DNA of 64,000 nucleotides, from positions 868,001-932,000 of the forward strand of contig OZ251249.1 in assembly GCA_965240325.2 (NCBI GenBank), given 5' to 3'. Source of the stretch: Rebecca billardiae RCC1528. Taxonomy: Eukaryota > Protista > Haptophyta. A model generated the notes under the pieces. It searched no databases and was not told the origin of the DNA. It saw only the letters and a program-made list of their open reading frames with translations. The translations under genes and the position numbers were made by a program. Position 1 is the first letter of the stretch; each line of letters begins with the position of its first letter. This document shows, one piece after another, positions 49,823 to 63,133 of this stretch.

Positions 49823-51085
49823 GCGGCAGATGCCGCGCGATGCGCCCCCCGTGCGCGGGCTGCACTGCTGAGTTACACTGCTCAGAGGAACTGAGCATCG
49901 AATGCAGGGCTGATGGCTTTGTGTCGCGGTGGTCGGCTGAAGTGCTGATGAGTGGATTATTCGCGCGGCTGCTGATATGACTGGTGTGCTGCTGCTGGCA
50001 CTGCTTGGCGGGCGCGACGGCAATTGCGCCTGCTCTCGCGGTGTCGGCGGCGCACTGGCGGCTGGCGCACTCCGCGACTCAGTAACGCTGTAACGCGGGC
50101 CGCGTCGGGCGCGGGGTGATTATGCGGCAGTGAGGCGATAACCGCCTTTCCGGCGCGGGCACGCGGCTACTGGCCGGGCTGCTTTTGCTATGCGCGATAT
50201 TTAGTTCGATTTTCGGGCGATATATCCGAGACGATATCCCGGACGCTGACGACGACGCCGCCGGCGCCGCAACCGCGCCGCGCGAGCTCACTCACGGCGC
50301 TGACACACACGTGACAGTGACAGTCAGTCACTAGTCAGACCGCGTCGTGACCGTAATCGTGTCACTGTCTGTCCGAGGCTCCGCGCACGCGGACGTGAGT
50401 GGTCGCCGCGGCTCACAATGTATATATACTGATGGCACCGTCTCTGCCACTCGGACTCGCCGGCCGGGTTCAGCATATGCCGGACGAATATGCGGCCGCC
50501 GCCCGGTCCGAGATCGCCGGCGCCGCGACGCGCCCGCGGCGCCTGACGGCGCTGGCCGATCACGATGGCCGGAGCGTGCACGGCCTGACGGCCGGGGTCG
50601 GAGTCACTCAGTCAGGCCGGGGCGGGGGCCAGTCGCCGTGACTCGACAAGCACTCGGCTCCTGACTCTCGTACTTCGTAGGCACGCGGATCACCGCCGGC
50701 GACGGCCGTGACTGTGCCGCCGTGCCGGCTCGGAGTCTCGCTGGCGCGGTACGCGTGCCATCGGCACTGCGAGCGCATTCAAGAGGGTGCCGATGAGCGA
50801 CACCTACTACGGACAGCTACGGCACCCGTACGGCCTGACTCGTTGCGGCGTCACAGGCCGCGTCCGAAGTGGCCCGTCCGAAAATGATGCGCCCGCATCC
50901 AGGCTGATCACGGCCCGAGCGGTCGGAATCGGCAGACGATGCTGTCGCGTCCGATTCAGGTATAAGTAGCGCGAGTACATATGCGCGTACGCCTCAGCCT
51001 GCCGTGCCATGCGCGCACGGCGTGGCCGCTCGCGAGCTGCCGCCCGGGCGCACGGCGACGCTCTAGCTAGCCGAGGCTGAGCCGG

Positions 51086-51655
51086 TCAGCGGCGGCGGCC
51101 GACGGCGCCGCGTACGCCGTCGTAGGCGGCTGTGAAGGCCTCGAGCAGCCGGCGCATCCGGCCGCCGGACTCGCCGACCCTGGCCTGCGTCTTGAGGCAG
51201 GAGATCGGCTTGTCCTGGCCGTCGACCACGTCGATCTGCACGTCGAGCGTCACGCCGCTCAGCGGGATGTTGGGGATGTGGTAGTCGATGGTGCCGGTGA
51301 GCTGCGTGCCGGCCTTCTGCGGGCACTTGAGCCCAAACGAGGCGCAGCCGTCGAAGGACTTGGAGGTGACGGGCACACCGTAGTACGAGACGGCGAGCTT
51401 GACCGTCGCCGCGCTCACCGCGATGTCCAGCGTCCCCTTCGCCACGACGTGCAGCGTCGACTCGGGCTTGATCGGGTCGGGCATGAACTCGAGCGAGGCG
51501 ATGTGCAGGTGGTCGGCGACGCCCGGGCAGATCTGGAAGTCGTGGCCCAGGCTGGCGTTGGTGGGGACCGGCGCGGCGTGTGCGAGCGCGCTGGCCAGCA
51601 CGAGGGCCGCCGCGAGGCGCCACGTCGGGCGCAGCCCGGCCGCCGCGCGCCCCAT
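51086..51655 (-). CDS. ML (MD-2-related lipid recognition / NPC2-like) domain protein
   Basis: Signal peptide, FQIC, PDPIKP, DGC...LKCP.KAG, IP...L and D....ISC cysteine pattern. Confidence 0.85.
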   Translation of the reverse strand: MGRAAAGLRPTWRLAAALVLASALAHAAPVPTNASLGHDFQICPGVADHLHIASLEFMPDPIKPESTLHVVAKGTLDIAVSAATVKLAVSYYGVPVTSKSFDGCASFGLKCPQKAGTQLTGTIDYHIPNIPLSGVTLDVQIDVVDGQDKPISCLKTQARVGESGGRMRRLLEAFTAAYDGVRGAVGRRR

Positions 51656-51955
51656 GCCGAGGCGGCCTGGCTGCTGGCCGTGAGCAGCCCCCCTTGCAGC
51701 AGCTCTTGGCGGGCGGCGGGCGGCGCCAGTCCGGTGGCAGTCCGCGCTGCTTTCAATCAGAATTCAGAAAAGCCGCGAATGTCCGGGGGGCCGTCGGAGG
51801 AGGCGCCCGCCCAAGCGTCCGCGCACGCGGCTCCCCTCCGGCTGGAGCGGGGGAGCGAGCGACGACGCGGGTGCATCCTTGGCCCTTGAAGAGGGGCGGA
51901 AGATCCCCGCCCGCTGCCACCCAACGCCCGCCGCCACCCGCTCCGACAGCTCAGC

Positions 51956-54834
<2,879 letters not shown>

Positions 54835-56443
54835 GCGCGCGCGTGGTGTGGGGCTCGCGAGAGCCCGCGGAGAGGCGGGGCGGAGCGCGGCCGGCCCCGG
54901 CGGCGCGCGCGCCCGCAGCGCGCGCCGCCGGGCGGGTGGCCAATGGCCGCGCGGCTGAGCGCTGAGCGCGCGCGCCTCGGCGAGCGGCGCCCCCGCGGGC
55001 GGGCGGGCGGGCGGGCGGGCGGGCGGGCAGCGTACCGAGCGCGCGCCAGGAGTGGCGCGCGCTCGGCGCGCGGCGGGGTCAGGCGGGTCGGGGCGTGTCC
55101 GCTGAGGGGCGTGCCTGGAGGGGGCGTGGTCGGCCGTGTCTGTGTCCGCCCTCCCAGGGGCGGGCGGGGCGGGGCTGGGGCAGGGCAGGCAGGGCCCGTG
55201 TGTGTGTGCGCGCGTGGGCGCTGCGCCGCCGGCCGACACCCAACGGCCGCGGCGAAGGCGTCGCGTGCGCGCGCGCGCGCGCGCCCCACCGCCCCCCTTC
55301 CTTCCCCCGCTGCTGTGGACACAGCCACCGCGCACCGCAGGCCCCCGGGGACGGACGGCGCGGGGGCGGGGCGGCCACCCGCCTCCGCAGCCGCCCGCGC
55401 ACCCACCCACCACCGCACGCCTCCACCGCCCACCCACCACCGCACGCCTCCACCGCCCGCACGCCCGGTAGAGGCGCAGCGCCGCGCTCGGCGCCGGTGC
55501 CGCGGCCAGCAGCGACGCCGGCGCCGGCGCACGCGGCTGCGCGCCCCGCGCCGCGCGCGCGCGCGAGCGCGCCCTCCGCGCGAGCGGCAGCCCCGCACGT
55601 GCGCTCGGCGCCCGCCGCTGCCGCCGCCGCTGCCGCCGCCGCGCGCGCTGCCCGCTGCCGCCCGAGCGTGCAGCCGCCCGCTCGCCCGCACGCCTCTCCC
55701 CGCGGCCGCGCGAGTGCCGAGCCCCGAACTGACACGGCCGCCGCGACCGCTGCCAGCTGGCGGCCGCAGCGCATTCCGCGCCGCGCCGTCCTCTCTTGCC
55801 CCGGAGCCGCGAATCATCCATCCATCGTCAGGCATCACGGACGTGTCATCGCCACATCGGCACTCGGCCGCGGCCGCCCCAGGACTGGTCTGGACTGCCG
55901 CCACGTGCCGACGCGGCATCACTATACGCATTATCAGTGTCCAATAAGCGCACTAGCAGCTATAGCGACATCTGCCGCGCCCGGATTAGCCCGGCGGGCC
56001 GGAGCGCCTCCGGCCCAGTGGCCCGCCCGCCCGCCGGCCCAGGGCCCCGGCCCGCCCTGCGGCCTGCCGGCGCCCGCGCCGCCCGGCCCCGCGCGTCGTG
56101 TGGCGCTGCTGCCGTTGATGGCCGCGCGGGTAGCGGTGCCATATCTGCCGCATTCCAGCCGGGACTGCCTCCGACCACGTCGGCGCCTGCCGATGGACGG
56201 TGCGCGCCACGCGCATCAAATGCTCGCCCTGCCGAGCCGCGTGCGCAGCCAGCGCCGGTGGCAGAGCAGCACGGCCGCCGCTGCCCCGGGCGGCCGGGCG
56301 CGAGGCTCGGCGCCCAACGCGCGGGGCGTCACTCGGGGGAGCATGCGCCATGCCGCCGTGCGCAGGGTGGCTGCGCCGCCCGCCACACGCACAAACGGCT
56401 CGGCGTTGCGCCGTGCGCGCTCCGGAGCACCGACCCACCCGGA

Positions 56444-57088
56444 CTATCGCGCGCGCAGCGGCTCGAGCCCGCCCTCCGCCATCGCGCGCTCCGCGGATTC
56501 GCGGGCGCGGCCGCGCGCGCCCGCCGCCGCGCTTCGCCGGGTTGGCGGCCGGCGCTGGCGCGCGCGCTGGCGGCAGGCTTGCACGAGGCAGATGCAGCTC
56601 GCGATCACCGCGAGCACCATCGGCAGCGCCGTGCACACGAGCGCCCAGCACGCGCCCGGCAGCGTGACGTGCGCAGCGATGCGACACTCACCGCCGCTCC
56701 CGGCCGCGCGGCCGTGCCGAGCCGGCTCGCAGCGCTCGAGCTGCGCCGACGTGGCGCACGGGGGCTGCTCGGAGACGCCGATCGCGACCGATCGGAACGC
56801 GTTGGCCACAAACGCGTCGGCGCTGCCGAACGCGTCGCCCACCCGCTCCGTGGCTGTGTGCTTGGCCGCGGCGCAGCTCTGAAACGTCTCGTCGACGGCG
56901 CCGCGGCAGAAGACGACGACCGGCGGGGCGGTGCCGTTGTGCTCGCACGCGGCGGCGCAGGCGAGGGCGTGCAGGTTCGCGGCGCACTCGCGGCTGCACC
57001 ACCCGCCACGGCCGGGGACCACGACGGCCGCGGGGCCGACGCCGCAGCCGCACGTGTCCTCCTCCTCCTCCTGGGCGGAGGCGGGCAT
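56444..57088 (-). CDS. Hypothetical Cys-rich single-TM protein
   Basis: ATG at 57088, a Cys-rich region, a hydrophobic segment (WALVCTALPMVLAVIASCICLV) and a basic tail. Confidence 0.5.
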   Translation of the reverse strand: MPASAQEEEEDTCGCGVGPAAVVVPGRGGWCSRECAANLHALACAAACEHNGTAPPVVVFCRGAVDETFQSCAAAKHTATERVGDAFGSADAFVANAFRSVAIGVSEQPPCATSAQLERCEPARHGRAAGSGGECRIAAHVTLPGACWALVCTALPMVLAVIASCICLVQACRQRARQRRPPTRRSAAAGARGRARESAERAMAEGGLEPLRAR

Positions 57089-57207
57089 GGCTGCTGACCA
57101 CCGCTGCGTACACCCGTCCGGCGTCCTTGACGTTCGGCGGCCAAAGGACCTCACCGTGGTTCGGCCTTCCAGATCCCCGCCGCCCCCTCGTCCCCAGCCG
57201 GCACCCG

Positions 57208-57697
57208 ATGGCGCCCAAGCGCAAGGCCGAGTCCGCCGCGGCGGCGAAGAAGAGCAAGAAGGGTCCGGCGGCCATGCCCGGCGCCCCCTCCGTGCACATC
57301 GAGGCGTGCAAGAGCTGAGGCGCGTTCAAGACTCGTGCTGCGAAGCTCGAGAAGCTTCTGAAAGCCGGTGCGCGCGCCGGGCGACACGCCGTGCCCGCGG
57401 CGCGCGCGCGTGCTGCACGCGGGGAAGTCGAGGCGCGCACTCGTCGTGGCGCCGACGCATGGTCCCCCGTGCGTGTCCCCCATGCGCCCCCATCCCGCCC
57501 CGGCAGAGATCGACAGCGTCGACGTGACGATCAACAAGGAGAAGCCGCGCAAGGGCGCGTTTGTCGTGACGGTGGTGGGCGCGGACAAGCCGGTCGTTCA
57601 GCTGCTCGACATGCCGCGGCCCTTCTCGAAGCTGAAGGCGCTCACGATCGAGGACGTCGCATCAGACGTCAAGAAGGCCGTGGACAAGCTCGGCTAA
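57208..57697 (+). CDS. SELENOH: Selenoprotein H-like (Rdx/thioredoxin-like, CxxU), 2 exons: 57208-57367 and 57507-57697; Sec UGA at 57316-57318
   Basis: MAPKRK (NLS-like)...VHIEACKS-UGA-GAFKTRA...INKEKPRKGAFVV...LLDMPRPFSKLKAL. The 116-aa product carries SelH-family motifs on both sides of the UGA. Confidence 0.9.
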
Positions 57698-57761
57698 GCG
57701 CGCGACGCCGCCGAGCCTGCCCACAGCGTTCCGAGCCGCACGCGCCCGCGACGGCGCGTGC

Positions 57762-57854
57762 GCGGCAGCGCACACGTGATGGCCAGCGCACCAACGCCCG
57801 AGCGGAGCCGCCGCTTGCCGCGGCTCCGGGCAGTGCGTGGCCGGAGAGAGCCGT
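57762..57854 (+). promoter_or_regulatory. SECIS element (GUGA core, type II-like)
   Basis: Helix I GCGGC/GCCGT; core GTGAT (57776-57780) with GGAG (57843-57846); helix II GGCCA-g-CGCAC/GTGCG-TGGCC; unpaired AA at 57793-57794; apical stem GCCC...GGAGCCG/CGGCTCC-GGGC. Confidence 0.8.
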
Positions 57855-58167
57855 CCGCAGCGATGTGAACTCGCCTGCGACGGTGCTGCTGCCGCGCGCG
57901 CGGACCTGCGCGCGGAGTGCCGCTCATCACTGCGCCGCGACGCGTGGTGGACTACTGTGTAGCGGTTACACTTAGTGACTTGCAGCGTCAGCTGACAGCT
58001 GTCGGGGCAGGCGGATTCATCGCGAGGCGGTCATCGTCGCTCCGTCGTCAGTAGCCGCGGCTGCTGGCCGTCGTCACTCACAGTAGTAGTCTGACTACGC
58101 GACGCCTTAACTTATGCACCATCATCAGTGTATATATACACGCGTACATCATGATGACGCGATACTA

Positions 58168-58680
58168 AGGCAATCGCGGGCAATAAGAAGTCAGAGATCT
58201 CACGGCTAGCCTCGGTTTCTTAGCCGTTCGGTAGCCCGAGCGCCTACGGAGTCTCAGTTTCTTAGCTAGGTCCGCCCGCCGCGCAGGCGCGGGGGGCGCA
58301 GGGGGGCCGAGAGCCCCCGGCTGAGTCTTTAGGCCCGGCCGGGCGAGTCCGACGAATCTTTTGGGCCTTTTTGGAGCAAATCTGGCATCATGATGTTGCA
58401 TGGATGCTGCGGTGCACTGGCCAGGAGTCAGTCATCAGGAGAAGTCGGGACTTGGCCTGTACTCGTAGTCGGGCCGCGCGCCGCGTCCCCGACGGGCCGA
58501 CTGCGCCTCGCCCCGCTCGGCGCAGACCACTCGTCAGCCGGGACGACGTAGTCCCGGTTTCTTAGTGTGACTATGCGTATAGCGAACCAGCCAATCGCTA
58601 GCCTCAGTTTCTAGGCCAGATCCGCAGATAGCAAGCCCCAGTTTCTTAACGTGACAGCTCCTTATTGCCCGCGATTGCCT
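58168..58680. mobile_element. MITE with perfect 20-bp TIRs
   Basis: AGGCAATCGCGGGCAATAAG (58168-58187) and CTTATTGCCCGCGATTGCCT (58661-58680). Five internal GTTTCT-core direct repeats; non-coding. Confidence 0.8.
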
Positions 58681-59346
58681 GTAGTCAAGATGATCGCGTC
58701 TTATAATAATAATTAATATATTATATATATCATATCGGCGGACGACATCGTCGGCACTGGCAGTCCGCCGTGTTGATTGCCGCGGCGCGCAGGCGCGTGC
58801 AGCTGGTCGCTTCAGCCTTTGGCTTTGGCCGTCGGTCGGATCGGCGCGGACGCGCCGAGCTGCCACTGAAGGCAGCCCGAAGCGCGGGCAGAGGCTCCGG
58901 CGGTGCGCTCGATCGGCAGACCAACGACGATTCGCGCCGCCAGCGCACAGGCCCAGTGACAGGCGCTGCGCACAGACTGCGCCTGCCGTCGCCGAGTCGA
59001 CCACTGACTACGCCGCGCCGGCATCGGCTGAGGCCGAAGGCGCGCTGGGTGCTCAGGGCTTGCTCGGCGGGGCGGGAGCTGGCGCAGTGCCTGCCAACGG
59101 TCACGCGCAGGCCCGGGGGGCAGGAGCTGCGGGAGCTCCGCCACAGGCCTGGCGCAGCAGTGGGCAGCGCCGCCACCGAGGGCATGCCGCCCCGAGGGCG
59201 CCGGGCTGCGGGCGCGTCGGCAGCTGGCGGCCGGGCGCGCCTCCGCTGCGCGCCCGCGCGGCGGCGCAGGCAGCGGCGCGGGTCGCCGGCGCCGCTGCCG
59301 TCCCCGCCGGTGGGCGCGCGGCCGTGCCCGCCGCGCAGCGCGCCCA

Positions 59347-61155
59347 TCAGGCGCGCAGCGGCTGCACGACCGGCGGCGCGGCGCGCGTCGGCAGCTCGCC
59401 CTCGTCCTCACTCTCGAGAGGGATCAGCCCTGGCATCGAGTCATCGTCGTCGTCGTCGTCGCCGCCGCCGCCGATGCCGCGGCCGCGGCCGCCGCCGCCG
59501 CCGTCGTCGTCGTCGTCGCTCTCGCTGTCTGAGCAGGGCTCCAGGCCGGGGCAGTCGGAGAGGGCCGAGTCGGAGTCGGCAAGCTGCGCCTCCGCCACCT
59601 GCGCCGCGTGCAGCGCGCGAGCGCGAACGGCGCGGATGTGCCGGGCGGTGATCGCCTCCGCCTCCGCCTCGTCCGCCGCCTCGTCCGCCTCTGAGCCCGA
59701 GCCGTCGCCGCTGTCGGTGATGAGCCCCGGGAGCGAGTCGTCGTCGTCGTCGGCCGCGTCCGCGCCGTGGCGCGGCCGAGCGGCGGTGGCGCTACCGCCC
59801 AGGCGGCCCATCGCGCGGCCGTCCTCGACGCCGGCGAGGGCGAGCGCCCAGGGCGCCGTGGGCACGCCGCCCTGCGGCGCGCGCGTCGCGTGCCGGGAGG
59901 AGGCGGCCGCGCGTGAGGCGCCGGGCGCCATGCGCTCGGCACCGGCGCCCGGCGGCGGCGCGGAGGTCCGGGGCAGCGCGCCGGACGGCGAGCTGGGCGA
60001 GAGGCGCGCGGTCCAGCCCACGTCGGCGCGGCTGTCGGCGCGGCTCACGCCCACGTACTGCGAGGGCCGCGGCGGCGGCAGCGGCCTGCCGAGCGGCGGG
60101 CGCGGCGCGGGCGGCGCGTTCGCGTCGAAGAGCTCGAAGCGGCACTGCGGGCACGTGCCGTGGCGCTGGAGCCAGCTCGTGAGGCACGCCGTGTGGAACG
60201 CGTGCTCGCACGGCATCTTGCTCACAGTCCGCCGCTCGGCCGAGGCGGAGGCGCCGTCGGCGGCGGCGGCGGGGGCGCCGGCCGCGCCCGCGTCCGCGCC
60301 GCCTTGGGCTTCGCCGCCGTGCTCGTCGAGGCAGATGGCGCAGACCTCGCCCGGCGTGGCGGGGACGATGTCGAGCGCGTCGATCGCGGTCTTGCTCGCG
60401 GGCGGCGCGCCCGAGGGCACGTCGAAGATCCCGCCGAGCGCCGCCGCCGTGTCGGGCATCCCCGGCAGCCCGAAGCGGAGGGTAGGCAGGCCGTCGGCGC
60501 CCGTCAGGATGGGGCCGAGCACGTCGTCGCGGTCGTCGTCGTACTGCGTGCGGCCGATGAGCTGCTGCACGAAGGCGCTGACGAGCACCGGCGGCGGCGG
60601 CAGCCCGTCGCGCGCGCGCGCCGACTCCTCCACGCGCAGCGACTCCTCGCGCAGCGCCGCCGCCGAGGCCCACTGCTCCAAGCGCCGGTCGGGCTGGCGC
60701 CGCGCGTGCACGCCCTCACGCGCACGGGCCGAGGCGAGGCCGGTATACCACGACGCTGGCCGCCGCGCCGCCGGCGGCACGGGCGGCGCCGGCGGCGCGT
60801 CGTCCTCGCCGCTCTCGGAGTCCGAGCAGTCTTCGAGCCCCGGCAGCGAGTCCATATCGTCGTCGTCGTCGTCGTCGGCCGCGTGCACCGCCGGTCGGCC
60901 AGTGTTGCCCTCGTCGTCCGAGTCGGACGCGTCCGAGTCGCTCACGAGCCCGGGCATCGAGCCCTCCGAGTCCTCCGCGTCGGCGCGCGCGCGCGCGGGC
61001 GGCGGCGCCTCTGCGCCCGAGTCATCATCCATCGCGGCGGCGGCGGCCGCGGTGTGTGGAGGGTGCGGCTGGCCGCCGTCCGTGGCGAACGGGCTCGCGG
61101 CCATCACGTCGATGTCCGCCACTGCCCAGTTGTGCTCCTCCTCCACGCTCGCCAT
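59347..61155 (-). CDS. RING-H2 E3 ubiquitin ligase-like protein with acidic repeats
   Basis: PPASKTAIDAL; CAICLDE...MPCEHAFHTACLTSWL...TCPQCR; repeated S(M/L/C)PGL...SDS motifs. Confidence 0.85.
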   Translation of the reverse strand: MASVEEEHNWAVADIDVMAASPFATDGGQPHPPHTAAAAAAMDDDSGAEAPPPARARADAEDSEGSMPGLVSDSDASDSDDEGNTGRPAVHAADDDDDDDMDSLPGLEDCSDSESGEDDAPPAPPVPPAARRPASWYTGLASARAREGVHARRQPDRRLEQWASAAALREESLRVEESARARDGLPPPPVLVSAFVQQLIGRTQYDDDRDDVLGPILTGADGLPTLRFGLPGMPDTAAALGGIFDVPSGAPPASKTAIDALDIVPATPGEVCAICLDEHGGEAQGGADAGAAGAPAAAADGASASAERRTVSKMPCEHAFHTACLTSWLQRHGTCPQCRFELFDANAPPAPRPPLGRPLPPPRPSQYVGVSRADSRADVGWTARLSPSSPSGALPRTSAPPPGAGAERMAPGASRAAASSRHATRAPQGGVPTAPWALALAGVEDGRAMGRLGGSATAARPRHGADAADDDDDSLPGLITDSGDGSGSEADEAADEAEAEAITARHIRAVRARALHAAQVAEAQLADSDSALSDCPGLEPCSDSESDDDDDGGGGGRGRGIGGGGDDDDDDDSMPGLIPLESEDEGELPTRAAPPVVQPLRA

Positions 61156-61585
61156 CGCGGCGGCGGTACTGGCGGCGCTGGGTTCTCTTGCCGTGCGCGG
61201 GCAACGAGCAGGGCGCCCCCTCGTTGTCGTGGGTGCAGCAAGTGCGGCAGCCGAGCTCTGCTGCTCTGGCTCCGCGGCGCGGGGCGAACGCCGCGTCCAA
61301 TAATCACTTGGACAGAGCGGGAGGGCTGACGAAATCCGTTGTCCACTTGTGTCCACTAATACAGCGGTACCCGCTTTCACCCGGACTCGTTCGGCCAACT
61401 GTGGGTGAGTGGCCGAGCGGCACGGAGGCACGGCCCATCACGGCGCCCCGCGCTCGCGCGCACGAGCCAAGGCGCGCGCCAGGCGACGGCGGCGTCGAGC
61501 GCGCGCTCATGTGCTGCGCGACGCGCGAGCTCGTCACTCGCCCAGCCAAAGCGCGCGACCGATCGGTCGGGCGTGATCGGAGCGC

Positions 61586-63088
61586 CTACTCCGGCGGCAC
61601 CGCGCCGGGCGGGAGCTGCGCCAGCACCACGTTGGGCTCCTCGTTGTCCATCCCGTTGTTCGCGTGCGAGATGGCCACTCGCCGGCCGTCCGCCGCGAGC
61701 GCGAGCGCGTGGATCCGGAAGCCGCAGATCCGCTCTCCGTGCAGCCCGCTCGACGGGTCGAGGCGGTGCAGGGGCGCGCCGCTGGGGAGCGCCCAGACGG
61801 TCACGCGGCCTTGGAGCCGGCTCGCCGAGGCGGCGACGTTCGCGTCGCGCGCCAGCGCGAGGCTGGTCACCATGTAGTTGGGCTGCGCGCCCAGGCCGCC
61901 GGCCGCCAGCCACGAGTGCGCCGCGGGCTCCGCGTCTGCGGCCGTCTGCGGCGGCGCGCCCGGCGGCGGCGGCTCCGAGCCCGGCAGGCGGCACAGGCTG
62001 AGGCGACCGTCAGCGCCGCCCGTGACGACGTGCGCCGAGTGCGCGTGCCAGCGCAGCTGCTCCACGCCGCGGTCCTCCGGTGCGACCTCGGGCCCGCCGC
62101 CCACGGCCACGCCGTGCGCGCGCACGCGGCGCAGCAGCGCCGGGGGCGCCGCGTGCGCCGCCTCCGCGGCGCCAACGGCGGCGGGCGGGGCGCCGCCGTC
62201 GGCGGCAAGAAGGGGCGCCATGTCGAAGAAGAGCACCTCGCCGCTCCCCGTGCCCACCACCGCCAGCGCGCGCCCCCGCGCGTCCAGCGCCAGCGCGCTG
62301 TGCTCGAGCCGCGCCCCGACCGCGCCGGGCGCGCGGCGCGTGAGCCGCGCGTGCTCGGCGCCCAGCGCGGCGCTGCGCAGCACGTCGACGCGCACGGCCG
62401 GGCCGGGCACGTGCACGGACGCGAGCGCGCGCGGCCCGAGCCCTTGCTCGACCGCCGCCGCCGCCGCCGCCTCGCCCCGCGCGCGGCACAGCCGCAGCAG
62501 CACGAGGCGATCGGCGGAGGTGGCGAGGAGGGCGAGCGACGCGGCGCCCGCGCACGCGCGCGCGAGCGCCGCGGGCGCGGCGAGGGCGGAGACAGCGACG
62601 ACGTTCATCGGCACGCGCATGGATCCCGGCGCGTCGACGTCGCCCTCCGCGCGCGGCGCGCCTGCCCCGAGCTCCCACCGCCTCTCGCGCGCGCGCTCCG
62701 CGCGGGGCGGCTCGCACGTGCGCGCAGCGCCCGGCGGCAGCCCGATCAGTTCGAAGAGGTCGAAGGCGCAGCGCGCGTGCAGGCTGCTCGGCGTGTCTGC
62801 GGGGCGTGCGGACTGCGCGGCCTCGAGCGGGAGCACGAGCACGCGGCCCGCCAGCTCGAGATCCCGCCGGTGCCGCGCGTGCTCGCAGCTGAGCAGCACG
62901 TCCGCACCCGGCGCGTGCGCGACACGCGAGCGGTGCGGCGCCGGGAGGTCGAAGAGGCGCGCCGGGGCGGCGTCGGGGCGGAGGGCCCACACCTCGTTGG
63001 TCACGAGCATCTCGGGGGAGCCCGCCCGCGCCGGGACGAAGATCGCGTGCGGGGAGAACTCCGCGCCGCCGAGGCCGGTGAGCGCCAT
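61586..63088 (-). CDS. WD40-repeat-like protein
   Basis: Motifs VGTGSGEVLFFD, RAHG...VEQLRW...VVTGGADGRLSL, VTSLAL...GRVTVW and IHALALAADGRRVA. Confidence 0.75.
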   Translation of the reverse strand: MALTGLGGAEFSPHAIFVPARAGSPEMLVTNEVWALRPDAAPARLFDLPAPHRSRVAHAPGADVLLSCEHARHRRDLELAGRVLVLPLEAAQSARPADTPSSLHARCAFDLFELIGLPPGAARTCEPPRAERARERRWELGAGAPRAEGDVDAPGSMRVPMNVVAVSALAAPAALARACAGAASLALLATSADRLVLLRLCRARGEAAAAAAVEQGLGPRALASVHVPGPAVRVDVLRSAALGAEHARLTRRAPGAVGARLEHSALALDARGRALAVVGTGSGEVLFFDMAPLLAADGGAPPAAVGAAEAAHAAPPALLRRVRAHGVAVGGGPEVAPEDRGVEQLRWHAHSAHVVTGGADGRLSLCRLPGSEPPPPGAPPQTAADAEPAAHSWLAAGGLGAQPNYMVTSLALARDANVAASASRLQGRVTVWALPSGAPLHRLDPSSGLHGERICGFRIHALALAADGRRVAISHANNGMDNEEPNVVLAQLPPGAVPPE

Positions 63089-63133
63089 GGCCGCGAAAGT
63101 AGTGTTGGACCGACCGTCCCGGTGCTTTAGTCA

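Noticed and set aside
58200-58650. Spaced GTTTCTTAG repeats as a CRISPR-like array
   Set aside because: The repeats are short, degenerate and irregularly spaced, lie inside TIRs in a eukaryotic genome, and have no cas genes nearby.
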